The notes under the pieces are model-generated. The model was not told the origin of the DNA, searched no databases, and saw only the letters and a program-made list of their open reading frames with translations. A program made the position numbers and the translations under genes. From Eledone cirrhosa (taxonomy: Eukaryota), in contig OZ024744.1 in the NCBI GenBank assembly GCA_964016885.1, positions 57,970,001 to 58,034,000 on the forward strand: a DNA stretch of 64,000 nucleotides. The letters are read 5' to 3'. The stretch's first letter is position 1. Each line of letters begins with the position of its first letter. Shown here piece by piece: positions 14,058-27,392 of the stretch.

Positions 14058-14078
14058 TATATATATATACCAGGATTT

Positions 14079-14138
14079 TTTCATTCTGATGAATGAAAGC
14101 AATTTTGGTTGCTTTCAAGAAACCACTGGTAAATGAAA
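14079..14138 (+). ncRNA. Type I hammerhead ribozyme
   Basis: tttcatt-CTGATGA-a-tgaaagcaa-ttttgg-ttgctttca-a-GAAA-ccactgg-TA-aatgaaa; 7-bp stem I, 9-bp stem II. Confidence 0.8.
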
Positions 14139-14421
14139 TAATTATCTTATGTTCTTTATTACATAACTATATATATAGGAAAAAGTATGACCCCGACGGC
14201 AGAGCTCAAGCCGTTTCGACGGCTAGTTCTGGACTCTACTACCCTAAGTATTGAGTACTCTGGTGCGTTATGGTTCATCTGGTTCCTTATCACAATTCCT
14301 TTGTTATATATATATATATATATATATGATAATATATATGATGATGATGATGATGATATATATATATATTTCATCATCATCATCATCTTCGTTGAACGTC
14401 CATTTTTTTTTTTTTTTTTTT

Positions 14422-17400
14422 GTTTAATGACCATGCTGTAAAATGGAGGGGTAGAGAGGGCCCTTGAGTCTAGTAAGACATCCTCTCTAGTGCTGGTGGC
14501 ACAAATAAAAGCACCCAGTCCATGCTGTAAAGTGGCGCTGGTGTTAGGAAGGGCATCCAACCAGTGTATCAATGCCAAATCGCTTATCAGCACAGCAATA
14601 AAACAGCATAGAAAAATATGAAGACGTCGCATCTCAGAGTTGCAACACTTAATGTTGGCACTCTCAGAGGTAGATCTGCTGAAATAGCGGAGATGCTGGA
14701 GAGAAGGCAGGTGGATGTGTGCTGCATGCAAGAGGTGAGATGGAGAGGTGCCTCTGCGAGACTAGTCGTAGGCAAGCGTCTTAGCTATAAGCTATTCTGG
14801 GTAGGTAAGGATGATGGGTTAGGGGGAGTAGGCATTTTCCTGGCTGAGAAATGGATCAATAAGACAATAGAGGTAGTTCGAGTTAGTAATCGAATAATTA
14901 AGCTTAGATTAGTTGTAGGTAGGAGACTACTGACAATCATCTCGGTCTATGCTCCCCAAGCAGGCCTAAGCAAAGATGAGAAAGACTGCTTTTATGAGCA
15001 ACTTTTGCAAACAACCACAATGACAGAGGACGGAGACATCGTTATGCTAGCAGGAGACTTCAATGGTCATGTTGGACAGCTCCCGGATGGTTACACTGGG
15101 GTACATGGTGGGCACGGTTACGGTTCAAGAAATGAAGAAGGAGTGAGACTTCTTTAATTTTGTGATGCAAGTACATTGACTATTTGCAACACAAACTTCC
15201 AGAAACCTGCCAATCACCTAATAACCTACAAATCTGGTGAGCACATAAGCCAGATTGACTTCCTGCTAGTTAGGCAGCGGGACAGGCAGATAGTGTCTAA
15301 TACCAAGGCATACCCTGGGGAAGAATGTACCCCACAGCATAGGTTAGTTGTTAGTGATATCTCAGTAAGCAAGAGATGGAATGAGACATATAGGAAGGTG
15401 TGGAGAAGAAAGGTCTGGAAGCTAAAAGACCTTTCACTAAAATACAAATTTAGGAAAGCCCTTCAAGATGTATATGACGAAAAAGAAGACGATTTAGAGA
15501 CGTATGACATAGATAATAACTGGAAGTTCTTACGTGACAACTTGCTGCAGGCTACTGATGAAACCTGTGGCTGGAGCAGAGCTCCAACCAGACAGAGAGT
15601 GACCTGGTGGTGGAACAGCACAGTAGATAAGGCTATTAGAGACAAAAGACTAGCATGGAAGGCTTGGAAAAAGGGTGGGAGTAGGGAAGAATATACAGCC
15701 ACTAAGAGAGAAGCTAGACGTCAGGGGTACTTAGCATGCAGGGAGGCAGAGAGTAGGAGGTTTGCCAATGTTCTGCGACGGGAAGATCAGAGGCGTGCGG
15801 TGTTCCACATTGCAAGGCAGTGTGTCAATGCAAATCAGGATGTTGTTGGAGATAAATGTGTCCGGGATGATGCCGGTGTACTTAGTGTCATGAATGACCA
15901 GAAAAAGGAGGCCTGGAAATGTCATTATGAGAGACTGATGAATGTGGAGAACGAATGGGAGAGACAGAAATTACCCTCAGTAGATCCGACAGAGGGACCA
16001 GCTATTGAGATTGACGAATATAGGGTCCAAGAGGCGATTAGGGAAATGAAAAATGGTAAGGCGGCCGGACCATCGGGAATAGTTGCTGAGATGCTGAAGG
16101 CATCAGGGGGCGTAGGCACTAAACTGGTTGCACGCATCATCAATCAGGCTATATATGGTGGTGTCATACCCAAAGACTGGTGCAGCAGTATTCTCATAAA
16201 TTGCTACAAAAGTAAAGGGGATGCTTTGGAGAGGAGCAATTATAGGGGTATAAAACTGATAGATCAGGTTATGAAAGTGGCAGAAAGGATTTTAGCACAA
16301 CTAATTAGAGAAAGGGTCAAACTAGATGAGATGCAGTTTGGTTTTGTGCCTGGGAAGAGTACAACAGATGCCCTCTTCTTGGTGAGACAAATGCAAGAGA
16401 GGTTCTTAGAGAAGAATAAGCCACTATACTTAGCCTTTGTTGACCTAGAGAAGGCCTTTGATAGGGTACCCCGATCTGTCATCTGGTGGTCCCTAAGGAA
16501 GCTAGGTGTTGAGGAATGGCTTGTGAGGACAGTGCAAACTTTGTACAGAGGTACTCTCAGTAAAGTCAGGGTAGGAATGGAGTTTAGTGAGGAATTACAG
16601 ATACAAGTAGGAGTACATCAGGGTTCGGTCCTCAGCCCGCTCTTGTTCATTATAGTCCTCCAAGCCATAACAGAGGAGTTTAAGACTGGCTGTCCATGGG
16701 AACTTCTCTATGCTGACGATCTGGCTCTTATAGCAGAATCAGTAGAGGAGCTAGAGAATAAATTCCGGCTATGGAAACAGCAGTTGGAAGCAAGAGGACT
16801 GAGAGTAAATCTAGCTAAGACAAAAGTGTTGATGAGTAGAAAAGAGGACAAAACTCTGATTCCGTCAGGGAAATGGCCATGTTCGATATGCAGAAAAGGA
16901 ACTGGCATAAATTCTATAAAATGCACACAATGCAGGTCCTGGGTACACAAGAGATGTAGCGGGATAGCAGGCAAACTAACAGGTAGGGAGAAATATGTAT
17001 GCAGTAGATGTACAGGGAAATTAGACAGTAGAAGTCGCACTGATAGACACATTTTTCAAATGCGAAAGGGCGCTATAGAAGTGGTGGATAGCTTCCGGTA
17101 CCTAGGAGATCAGATTAGCATGGGAGGAGGGTGTTCCAAGGCCATAGTATCTAGAATAAGGACGGGTTGGAAGAAGTTTAGGGAGCTGCTTCCTCTGTTG
17201 ACGAAGAAGGGTTTCTCCCTGCGTACGAAAGGCCGGTTGTATGATGCCTGTGTGAGGAGCGCGATGCTGCATGGTAGTGAGACATGGGCAGCAACCGCAG
17301 AGGATATGCGACGGCTGGAGAGAAATGAGGCAAGCATGCTCCGTTGGATGTGCAGTGTAAATGTGCGTGAACGACCCAGCATAAATGTGTTGAGAGAGAA

Positions 17401-17703
17401 ACTGTGTCTGAGAGGGATAGAATGTAGTGTGCGAGAGAGGAGACTGAGGTGGTATGGACATGTGATGCGCATGGAGGATGACCGATGGGTGAAGAAGTGC
17501 CAGGAAATGCCAGTTGAAGGAAGACGTGGTAGAGGTAGACCACGAAAAACATGGGCGGAGGTGGTGAGAACAGACCTCAGATCATTGAAGCTCACGGTGG
17601 AGATGACGAGGGACCGTGACGAGTGGAGAGATGCTGTGCTGAATAAGACCCGTCCCACCCTTGCAAGCAGGGAAAAGCGGACGTAAAATGATGATGATGA
17701 TGA

Positions 17704-17706
<3 letters not shown>
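14422..17706 (+). mobile_element. Apparently full-length RTE-clade LINE with (ATG)n tail and long flanking duplication
   Basis: APE endonuclease plus RT in one frame; (ATG)n after 17686; a ~85-100 bp flank is duplicated on both sides. Confidence 0.93.
14618..17686 (+). pseudogene. RTE ORF (APE endonuclease, RT, PHD-like finger) with a single in-frame TAA at 15155-15157
   Basis: TLNV, MQEVRW, VYAPQ, GDFNGHVG, SQIDF; QFGF, DLEKAFD, HQGSVLSP, LYADD, FRYLG. The two ORFs are in the same frame: LL*FCD versus LLEFCD in the 32164 copy. Confidence 0.92.
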
Positions 17707-17757
<51 letters not shown>

Positions 17758-18070
17758 ATATATATATATGATGATGATGATGATGATATATATATATATT
17801 TCATCATCATCATCATCATCTTCGTTGAACGTCCATTTTCCACGCTAGCATGGGTTAGACGGGAGTTGTCCCACTTGAGGCAAGGCTGGTCGGGTGACTG
17901 TATCTCGCTCATATAGGACTATCTGCCCTTCCTAACACCAACCACATTTACAGTGTGGAACTGGGAACTTTTTACCGTGTTACCTACACTTATATATAAG
18001 TTTATCCTGGGTTCAATCGGGGGTAACCACAGTAAGTAAAGTACTCAAACATAGCAGAGTATAAATATTT

Positions 18071-18188
18071 AATATAGAAATGACTTCTACAGGACTAGAA
18101 CTGTTTAATTCAGGAGAAATCATCAGGGCTTCCTGATGACTTCTCCCAAATGAAACAGTTCTAGTCCTGTACAAGCCATTTCTATATT
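18071..18188. repeat. ~55-bp-arm inverted repeat, each arm with a degenerate HHR-like core
   Basis: ...aggactagaactgttt...catcagg / cctgatga...gaaacagttctagtcct... Confidence 0.75.
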
Positions 18189-18824
18189 ATATATATGTAT
18201 ATACAGTGGCAGACTGGGTCTAACAATATTGGTTGCCAGGCGATAAAGGGGACCCACTGACATATAGAATGCTATCATTTAATTTTTATAATGAATAAAT
18301 AACATTTTCAAAAAATAGATAAGTGAAAACAAAACAGTGCAATAAAATTTTTGCGGAAATGAATGTGTATTTTTTACTAATTATAGTGTATATATACTGT
18401 ACATATTACTGGCAGTATACAGTAATACTAAATGTTAATACAGAATGTTATAATTGAATTTTTAAATAATTGTGAATGTATAGTATACTGTTATTTAGAG
18501 TAGAGTTTGCAAGTGACCATTCTTAATTTCTACAATAAAAGGTATAAAGTACCTTGCGAAATATACACATCCAGGGACTTTCAATAACGACCTTTAGTCT
18601 TTCACATTCACTCAATATATATATCTGGGAGTGTGTGTATGTGTGTATATGTACATGTGTATATATATAGATTTATATATATGTATGCATACATGTTTTC
18701 AACTTGTCCTAGGGACTTTAGACTGAAGAACTGACTACTACTTGATTTTACATATGTCTTTAACCCATTGATATCAAATGTTATTGGGCCAGTAGGAATA
18801 GGCTTATTCCTACGAGGTTGCCCA

Positions 18825-19010
18825 ATACTCCTCGCGACGTTGCTGTCTTTTGCTCTGGTGTTGGCTCCGTTGTTCACCCCTTCCTTTACATTTTCTTTGA
18901 TATTGTAACATTAAAAGAATATATCTTTCTGAATGAATCGCGAGCTATTTATAATGTAATCTAAGCATTTGTAATGTTATTTATGTATATATTTAAAACA
19001 TATTTGTTTT
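18825..19010. repeat. Dispersed repeat, inverted copy at ~57555-57745
   Basis: High-identity reverse-complement match; family not recognised. Confidence 0.7.
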
Positions 19011-19043
19011 ATATATATTATATATATATATATTATATATATT

Positions 19044-19078
<35 letters not shown>

Positions 19079-19277
19079 ATTTTTTCTCACGAGTCAGTTC
19101 TTTCGTTGCTACGGACCCCGCGGCTGAATTACCAGTCGCTATCTTCAGTTTGCAAAGCCCTTTAAACTGTATGTTATTACTCTGAGGTTTTATACCTTGT
19201 TGAGTGCTTGGCTGCACTGCTGAATGCATTCGTCGGCTTAGCTGCGGCTCAAGCTTCGAATATGCTGTACATCCATT

Positions 19278-19325
<48 letters not shown>

Positions 19326-19329
<4 letters not shown>

Positions 19330-19370
19330 CTTTATCGGTTTCACAGTTTCTTATGATTTTCAAAAGTAAA
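19326..19370 (-). ncRNA. Degenerate HHR with U3-A8 core variant
   Basis: Minus strand: tttactt-TTGAAAA-tcataagaaactgt-GAAA-ccga-TA-aagtaaa; homologous to 47795-47832. Confidence 0.5.
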
Positions 19371-19547
19371 ATTGAGAGGGAGGGTTTGTGTTTCTGTTGT
19401 GGTTTGTTTCAGATGCAAGAAACACAAACCTTCTATTTCAATTTTACTTTTGAAAATGATAAGAACTGACTCCAGGTGCATTTTCAATTTCTTTTGTTTA
19501 TACTTTCACCCATGTGGTACATCTCCTTTTTTAAAAAAACCTCATTT

Positions 19548-19684
<137 letters not shown>

Positions 19685-19696
19685 GTGTGTGTGTGT

Positions 19697-20016
19697 AATA
19701 AATGACTAATAAGTTTCAAAAAGCTGGTAAAATGTGGTAGAAATGTATAAATAAAACCAAAGTAATCTTTTACCCAGTATATTTGAACATGATATTTCAA
19801 GACTATTACCTTCTTTCAAACTAACTGGGAAGAATACATTGATCATTCATTTTTGTTTTGAACCATTTTCGTTTTATTTTTGAAAAGAGGGTTATAGCCC
19901 TGAAATATTATGTTGAAATATATTGGGTAAAACATTACTTTGTTTTGTTTGTTATCCATTGCCCTTTGTATAGTTCTACTGCAATATAACAGCTTTTGAA
20001 ACTTATCAGTCATTTA
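19697..20016. repeat. Imperfect ~125-bp-arm inverted repeat containing a TTGAAAA-type HHR-like motif (19875-19920)
   Basis: Arms ~19697-19820 and ~19879-20016; tattt-TTGAAAA-gagggttatagccct-GAAA-tattatg-TT-gaaata. Confidence 0.65.
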
Positions 20017-20724
20017 TCATATATCGCACACTGATAGTGATGGTGGGACTTTGCAGGGTGGGGGTGGGGGTGGGGGTAGGGTAGCACTTATTGAGGGATG
20101 GGGGTATTTTGGTGATTGTGGGATTTTGGTGGAGAAATATTTGAGACAGGAGGGGGTTTACTTTTGATGGGGAAGCTAGGCAGTTTGACAGAGGTGAGAT
20201 TTAGGGGTTTGGACATGGCATATTTTTATGGATTGGGGATGAGAGGTGTTTGATTGAGTAGGGAGCACTTTTGTTATTTTATATTGAGTTTCTTGTGAGA
20301 GAAGGGTGGATGGGGGGGGGGACTGAAAGTGGTCTTGGGTGGTACAAAGCTCTTAGTTACATTGCTGTATGACATAGTAAACAGCACTTGGTTTGATTTC
20401 TCTTTTTGTTAATAAGCACATTATACAACAGATAATGTGCTTATGTATTGTGCCGTTAATGTCATGATGACACAGATATTTGTTGCCGGAATGATCTGGA
20501 CTGGAAGAAGAATGGAAGAATGAAAGTGAGGAGAGGGAGGGAGAGAGGGTGGGCATGATAGATATATAGATAGATATTTAGATAGATAGAAGAATGGATG
20601 GATGGTTGGATGAATGGACAGAAAGACAAATAGGTAGACAGTCAGATAGGGAATCAGATAGATAAAGAGGTAGATAGATAGATAGATAGATAGACAGACT
20701 GATGGACAGACACACAGATGGATT

Positions 20725-20756
<32 letters not shown>

Positions 20757-22424
20757 TATTTCTTTATTAGCCACAGGGGCACAAAAGAAGGGGACAAATA
20801 CAAAGGGGGAAGTTTACATACAATAAAAACGTGTAAAATGTTATCACAGATGGAATTTAAAAGTTAGTCGATTTTCCCCAATAGAGGGAGACAGTTTATA
20901 TGGGTAACACATACCCCCGAAAAAATGTGCAACCCTCATCTCCAGGAGTACGAAGAGCTTGTACTCCTTTCCTCTCCTCCTCCTTTTCCTCAATCTACAG
21001 GCTGATATAGAGAGAAGGCCCATTCACTCGGGCCATTCTCGCCACTTTCACCCACCTTTCATAAAACTTGCTGCGGTACAGCACCTCTCTCTCCATCCTG
21101 ATTCTTCTTCCAAAGTGGTATTTGAAAAAAAGAATCAGTTGTTGGCCGGAGAGAAAGGTGTCTGACCTCAGCCCTTTCAACCTTGTCCACCATACAACCT
21201 CTTTCGCCATAGCTATCACACAAAGGAAAACCGCCTCTCCTTCGTTTTTGAAGGAGGGTGGCGGTTTGATCATGACAATGGACTCGGTGGTCAACTGGAT
21301 TGGTCCCACCCGCGACAATAGTCGTTCTACATATCCCCACAGGTCAGTGACGCCCGGGCAGTGTATGAATGCGTGCGCGACGGTTTCTTCGTCTCGCACG
21401 CACCTCGGACAGATCTTTTTTGCAGGGTCCCTGCCCGGGCGCCCATGTCTGTAGAGCTTGTCTCGAACTGGTAGAGCTCCTCGGTAGCACTGCCAGGCCA
21501 GGGACTTTTGGAAGTTGTCCATCGGTCCCGGGCGGAAGGTCCTACCGAACAGACTGGCCAGTTCATCTTCCTCCACGCCTAGAGTTTCACCGAGCGCGTC
21601 GTCGCACTTGCTGCGGACCAACCCTCTATAGAATGACGAAGTGGAGTCTCCACTGATCGCCGGGTCCGCCTGCCAGAGGGCTGTGAGCGCCTGAGCACAT
21701 TCGATGTGCCAGTCGCCCATTTTCCTCGGTCTCTGCTTGACCCAGGACTGCAGCTCGGTCAGTGAGACGAGTCGTGGGAAGGCTCGCCTCACGAACGGGG
21801 CCCACACCGGTTGTCCGGTGAGGAATACGTAGAGATGCCGCAGCCTGAGCGCGTGTTTGCGCATCGTCAACCACGGCATCCCCAGCCCTCCGTTAGAAGG
21901 GTGTTGGCAGCAGATGGATCTTCTTACCAAAGGAGCCCGCCTCTTCCAAAGGAATCGGAAGAGGGCGCGCTCCATTTTGGCGAGCGTTTTGGCTGGACAA
22001 GGCACGACGGTCAAGCGGTAGTAGATGGCGGACGCTATAAAAGTGTTCGCCACCTCCGCTCGACCTTTCAAGGATAGTTTGCACTCGGCCCACTTCTGGG
22101 TGAGTGCAAACACCTTGGCCGTCACTTCGTTCCAGTTCTTCTCCACCTGGAGGTCCGGACCAAACCAGACCCCGAGCAGCTTTACCGGTCCTTCCGTCCA
22201 GCGTCCGACGACGCCATCGGAAGGCATCGGTCTGCCTCTCCACGATCCGAGTTGCAAACCGATGGACTTGTCCCGGTTCAGCTTCGCTCCTGTGAGACTT
22301 TCGTATTCCTTTAGTAAGGTGCCGACTTTCTCGATTTGCGAGGCGCTCGACACCATTACTGTCACGTCGTCGGCGTAGGCCGACGCCGCTTTCCGCAGTC
22401 CCGGTTCCAGAGGGATGCCCTGCA
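20757..22424 (-). mobile_element. 5'-truncated Tx1/L1-clade LINE (RT C-terminal half plus CCHC knuckle), frame open
   Basis: AYADDVT, KLLGVWFG, LSLKGRAEVAN, GGLGMP, CPRC..EETVAHAFIHC; AATAAAGAAAT 3' end abutting (GATA)n. Confidence 0.9.
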
Positions 22425-22460
22425 AAGATAGATAGATAAATAAATAGATAAATAGATAGA

Positions 22461-22914
22461 TATATTTCTTTATTAGCCACAGGGACACAAAAGAAGGGGA
22501 CAAATACAAAGGGGGAAGTTTACATACAATAAAAACGTGTAAAATGTTATCACAGATGGAATTTAAAAGTTAGTCGATTTTCCCCAATAGAGGGAGACAG
22601 TTTATATGGGTAACACACACCCCCGAAAAAAAATGTGCAACCCTCATCTCCAGGAGTACGAAGAGCTTGTACTCCTTTCCTCTCCTCCTCCTTTTCCTCA
22701 ACCTACAGGCTGATATAGAGAGAAGGCCCATTCACTCGGGCCATTCTCGCCACTTTCACCCACCTTTCATAAAACTTGCTGGGGTACAGCACCTCTCTCT
22801 CCATCCTGATTCTTCTTCCAAAGTGGTATTTGAAAAAAAGAATCAGTTGTTGGCCGGAGAGAAAGGTGTCTGAATTCAGCCCTTTCAACCTTGTCCACCA
22901 TACAACCTCTTTCG
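22461..22914 (-). mobile_element. Short Tx1 3' fragment nearly identical to the previous copy
   Basis: Matches 20757-21205; flanked by GATA repeats. Confidence 0.9.
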
Positions 22915-22935
22915 AATAGATAGATAGATAGATAG

Positions 22936-24229
22936 ATTTCTTTATTTGCCACAAGGGCGCACAAGAAAAGGGGACAATACAAAGACACATGCCAGGGATT
23001 TTACATACAGTCGTGTGAAAAAAAAAAAAAATTAAAATAAAACAATTACAACAATCGAAATCCCCAATAGGGAGGAGACGCCACAAATGGGTTGTTTAAT
23101 ACCCCGTCGATAGAACAACCCTCAACTTCAGGAGCATGTTGTGCAAGTGCTCCCTTCTTCCTTTTGCTCTCTTCTTTAACCTACAGGCTTATAAACAGAG
23201 AAGGCCCAATCACTCGGGCCATTTTCGCATCATTCACCCACCTTTCAGTAAATTTACTGGGGTGCAGTGCCTCTCTCTCCACTCTGATTCTCCTTCTAAA
23301 GTGATACTTAAAGAAGGGAATCAATTGTTGTCCAGAGAGAAAGGCATCTGTCCTCAGTCCTCTCAACCTCGTCCACCATATAACCTCTTTCACCATAGCC
23401 ACTGTACAGAGGAAAACCGCCTCTCTTTCGTTTTTGAAAGAGGCTGGCGGTTTGATCCTTACTATGGACTCGGCAGTCAACTCGATTTGTCCCATACGCG
23501 ACAGCAGTTGTTCTGCATAGTTCCACAGGTCGCAGTGTACAATTGCGTGCAAGACGGTTTCAATGTCCTGCTCGCATCTTGGACACGTCCTCTTGGAAGA
23601 ATCCCTGCCAGGGCGTCCGTACCTTTAGATCTTATCTCGAATGGGTAGAGCTCCTCGGTAGCACTGCCAGGCCAGTGACCTCTGGAAGTTGACCATAGGT
23701 CCCGGGTGGAAAGTCCTACCGAAGAGACTGGTGAGCTCGTCGTCTTCGACGCCTAGAGTCTCCCCGAGCATGTCGTTGCACTTGTAAAGTACTAACCCTC
23801 TATAGAATGTCGAAGTGGAGTCTCCACTGATTTCTGTGCCCGCTTGACAGAGGACTGTGAGCGCCTGGGCGCATTCAATGTGCCAGGCGCCCATCTTCTT
23901 CGGTCTTCGCTTGACCCAAGACTGCAGCTCCGTCAGCGAGACAAGTTGTGGGAAGGCCTGTCTCACAAACGGTGCCCACACTGGTTGGTCGGTGAGGAAT
24001 ATCTGAAGATGCCGTAGCCTCAGCATGTTTGCGCATCATTAGCCACAGCATGCCCAGCCCTCTGTTGGAAGGGTATTGACAGCAGACTGATCTCCTCACC
24101 AGTGGAGCCTGCTTCTTCCACAGGAACTGGAAGAGCATGCGTTCCATCTTGGGGAGGTATTCACGGGGACAAAGCACGACAGTCAAGCGGTAGTAGATGG
24201 CGGACGCTATGAAGTGTTCACCACCTCCA
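22936..24229 (-). mobile_element. Diverged, frameshifted Tx1 3' fragment
   Basis: ORFs 23181-23552, 23625-24026 and 23875-24186 are homologous to the 20995-22509 protein. Confidence 0.88.
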
Positions 24230-24232
24230 CTT

Positions 24233-24306
<74 letters not shown>

Positions 24307-24865
24307 ATAGTGGTGGTAGTCGTAGTAGTAGTAGTGGTGGTATCGTGCTGTCTATGGGCAAAAAGTAAAGAATTGACCAAATAAGAGTGTGTGCCATTCT
24401 ACATTTCATAGAAAAGAAAAACTGATGATGTGGTCGTAGGGTGTGTGCTTGACTCATGGCATGGCTTGGACATTTGAAACCTGATGGAGCCCATCCTTCT
24501 CTATATCTGAACACAGCTGATTTCTTCCAGAGAGACAGTGGGAGCAGGAGATAGTGTGTATAAGCGAACAAAAGTGTCTGAGAGAGATAGTGTGCATATG
24601 AGAAAGACAGACAAACAAACAGAGAGAGGGGGAGAGAGAGAGAGAATGATAAAGTTAGAGGAAGAATCCACCTCAGTACTAGATAAATACTTTAATTATC
24701 AACCCCGAAAGGATGAAAAGCAGAAAAGCAGTTTACTTTGATAGAATTTGAATTCAGAGCACAGAGAACTGAAACAAATCTTGAAGTACCTCACAACTCT
24801 GTCATGAAAAGGACAGTTCTTATTTAAACCAAATAATTCATTTAATACCCACTCTTGGAATATGT

Positions 24866-24900
<35 letters not shown>

Positions 24901-24989
24901 AACTCCATGTCAAGTCTGATTAGGCTGTCATACAATCAATAAATGTTCCAACCATTTCCGCAACTGTCACTCATCTTTTATAAAATTCA

Positions 24990-25760
24990 ATAGAAGGGAG
25001 TACCTCTCTCCCAACTCTGACTTTTCTTTACAAGTGGAAAAGTTTATGAGAGCTTGACCAAAGAGGAAAATGTCCTCACAACATTGTCCATCACACAACC
25101 TTTTTTTTGCTATATCCACCAAACAGAGAAGAACCCACCTTTCCCAATTAAAGGGCCATGGAAGGATCTTCACAATGGACTGAGCCAATTTTCAGTTTCT
25201 TCTACATGTGAAAATAGCCATTCTACATAACTCCAGAGGTCAGTGATGCCTGGACATTGAATGAGTGCATGTAGAATGGTTTAGTTGCATTAATTGGCTC
25301 ATTTGATAACCCTACCATACCTATAGACTTTATTTTGAACTCATAGGCTTTCCTGGTAGCACTGATAAGCTAAAGATTTCTAAAAGTTCTTCATATAAGG
25401 CCCTAGTCTTCCAGAACAGACTGACCAGTTCACTTTCATCATGGTTCAAAGTCTGTCCCACAATAATATGGTTACTCTTCCCTGCCAATTGTACTCTATA
25501 AACTGCCAGAGCTGAACTTCCACTAATCATCTTGCCTGACTGGTAGAGATCAGTGAGCACCTGATGACATTCCAGATTTCAATTGCCCAATCCTGACCTT
25601 TGTTTGATACAGGAGTGCAGTTCAAAGAGATGAGTTGTGGGAATATGAGTCTCACAAACAGAGACCATATATGTTCACAGTCAAGGAATCTCTGTCAAGG
25701 AATCTCTACAAATGCTGCAGCCTCAGTACTTGCCTGTTATTCAGCAGACATAGCATCCCT

Positions 25761-25762
<2 letters not shown>
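24990..25762 (-). mobile_element. Highly decayed Tx1 fragment
   Basis: Recognisable similarity (cagactgaccagttca, cagtgagcacctga, cagcctcag) to 21100-21900. Confidence 0.55.
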
Positions 25763-25838
<76 letters not shown>

Positions 25839-26013
25839 TTCAGGTAAACATTGATGCAAATCAATTCAAGCACTCAACGTACTTTTTCCACATAGAAGTG
25901 ATGGAGTATATATCGAATAAGAAAGCGAAGTAATTTCAGATGTTAATATATATATGTGTGTGTGTATATATATTACGGAGAGATATGTATGTATATACGT
26001 ATATATGTATATA

Positions 26014-26056
<43 letters not shown>

Positions 26057-26164
26057 TCACACCCTTGCTAGTGGGGAAAATGAAAGTTAAATGATTGAGA
26101 TGATGATGATGATGATGATGATGTTGATGACATATTAGAATAATTAGAAATAAAAAAAAAATAC

Positions 26165-27380
26165 CTCACATTCATTCACCTACAGTGAATATAACCAGGA
26201 GGAGTTGACGTCATCAGACAGTGTACAATGATCAATGAGTTTTTCAACTCTGAATTATAACATTGGTGTGTTAGCAATGGTAGCCAAATCACTGCCTGTC
26301 TCCACCTGGCTTCCAGCTTATCTCCTCTCATTTGCTCCAAAGCCAACATGAGGCTCTTTCTGCTGCCTTCTCCAGCTTGCTAACTGCTGCTTTTTTAATT
26401 CCTGTTATTCCAATGGCAGTGAGTATTTTCCATACTGATTGAGCCAGGTATCTCCTGCAATATGCATTAACTGATAATAGCCATGTCTGCCATCCGTTCT
26501 CACTTCATTCCTGCCCAAGGTTTTGGTACTTGACACTCTTTTGCTTGGCACTCTTCTTCCTGTGGATCTGTGAGTTCAATCAGGATTATTTTTTTCTCAT
26601 CTAGCTTCAGGCTTGTCTAAATGACCTGGGGAAACTGCAACCTTTCTCCCAGAGCAACCTTCATATCCAAAGATTAGACGAGTTGTAGTAAGCTACAGGT
26701 TGTTCTAACTGTAGTGAATGGCTTTTTACTCTCTATCACAAACCTTATTTGATGGTATTGATTTATGCCGTGTTTGGTATTCCTTCTGTCCCTCTTGGTC
26801 CAGATTATAAACAAGTGCCAAAACTACATTGTTGCGACACCATCTTTATCTCTTTAGAGCAAGGACTATTTTACATTTCGATAAAAAGTGTGTTATGGTG
26901 TTCCTCTTTCTATAGAGCCTACATGATTTGTCCTTCCTTATGCCCTAACTGATCATATTTGTTGGAATTAATAGCATGTCATCCACTGCTCACAGCAGGA
27001 AAAATATTTGGAAACGTTCCAGTTTCCATAAATCTGTCCAAATAATGTTCCTCTTAGGTATGCCACATATGGTCTAAGCTCTCTGGGATACTAGTTCCAC
27101 AACCATTCTTAATTGGTGTGCACCATATGGTCTAAGCTCTCTGTGATACTAGTTCCTCAACCCTACTTCCTCATGGTGTGGTACTTTGTTCTGGTTTATA
27201 GCTATCCTCTCCTTTCTGTCTATCTTTCTTCCACCTTAGATGAGACTGGGAAGTTCCAAGACGTTCTCTCTCTGAGCACTTTATTCCAATGATGTGTCAT
27301 AGCTTCAACTTATTTTCAAAATGTGTGACGGAGTTATTAGCTGCCCACATGTGCCCTGATCATATATAGATATCATTATC
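26165..27380 (-). mobile_element. Decayed RLE-type non-LTR element (Hero/NeSL-like) 3' part
   Basis: Minus strand encodes AAERASCWLW near 26335-26365 plus preceding endonuclease-like remnants; many stops. Confidence 0.55.
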
Positions 27381-27392
27381 TTCCCTTTACGG

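Noticed and set aside
20995-22509. 504-aa ORF as a complete gene
   Set aside because: Its N-terminus is read through a neighbouring 3' UTR and GATA repeat; it is a truncated Tx1 ORF2.
26200-26225. Minus-strand CTGATGA as an HHR
   Set aside because: No downstream stem II/GAAA; better explained as the 3' UTR of the Hero-like remnant.
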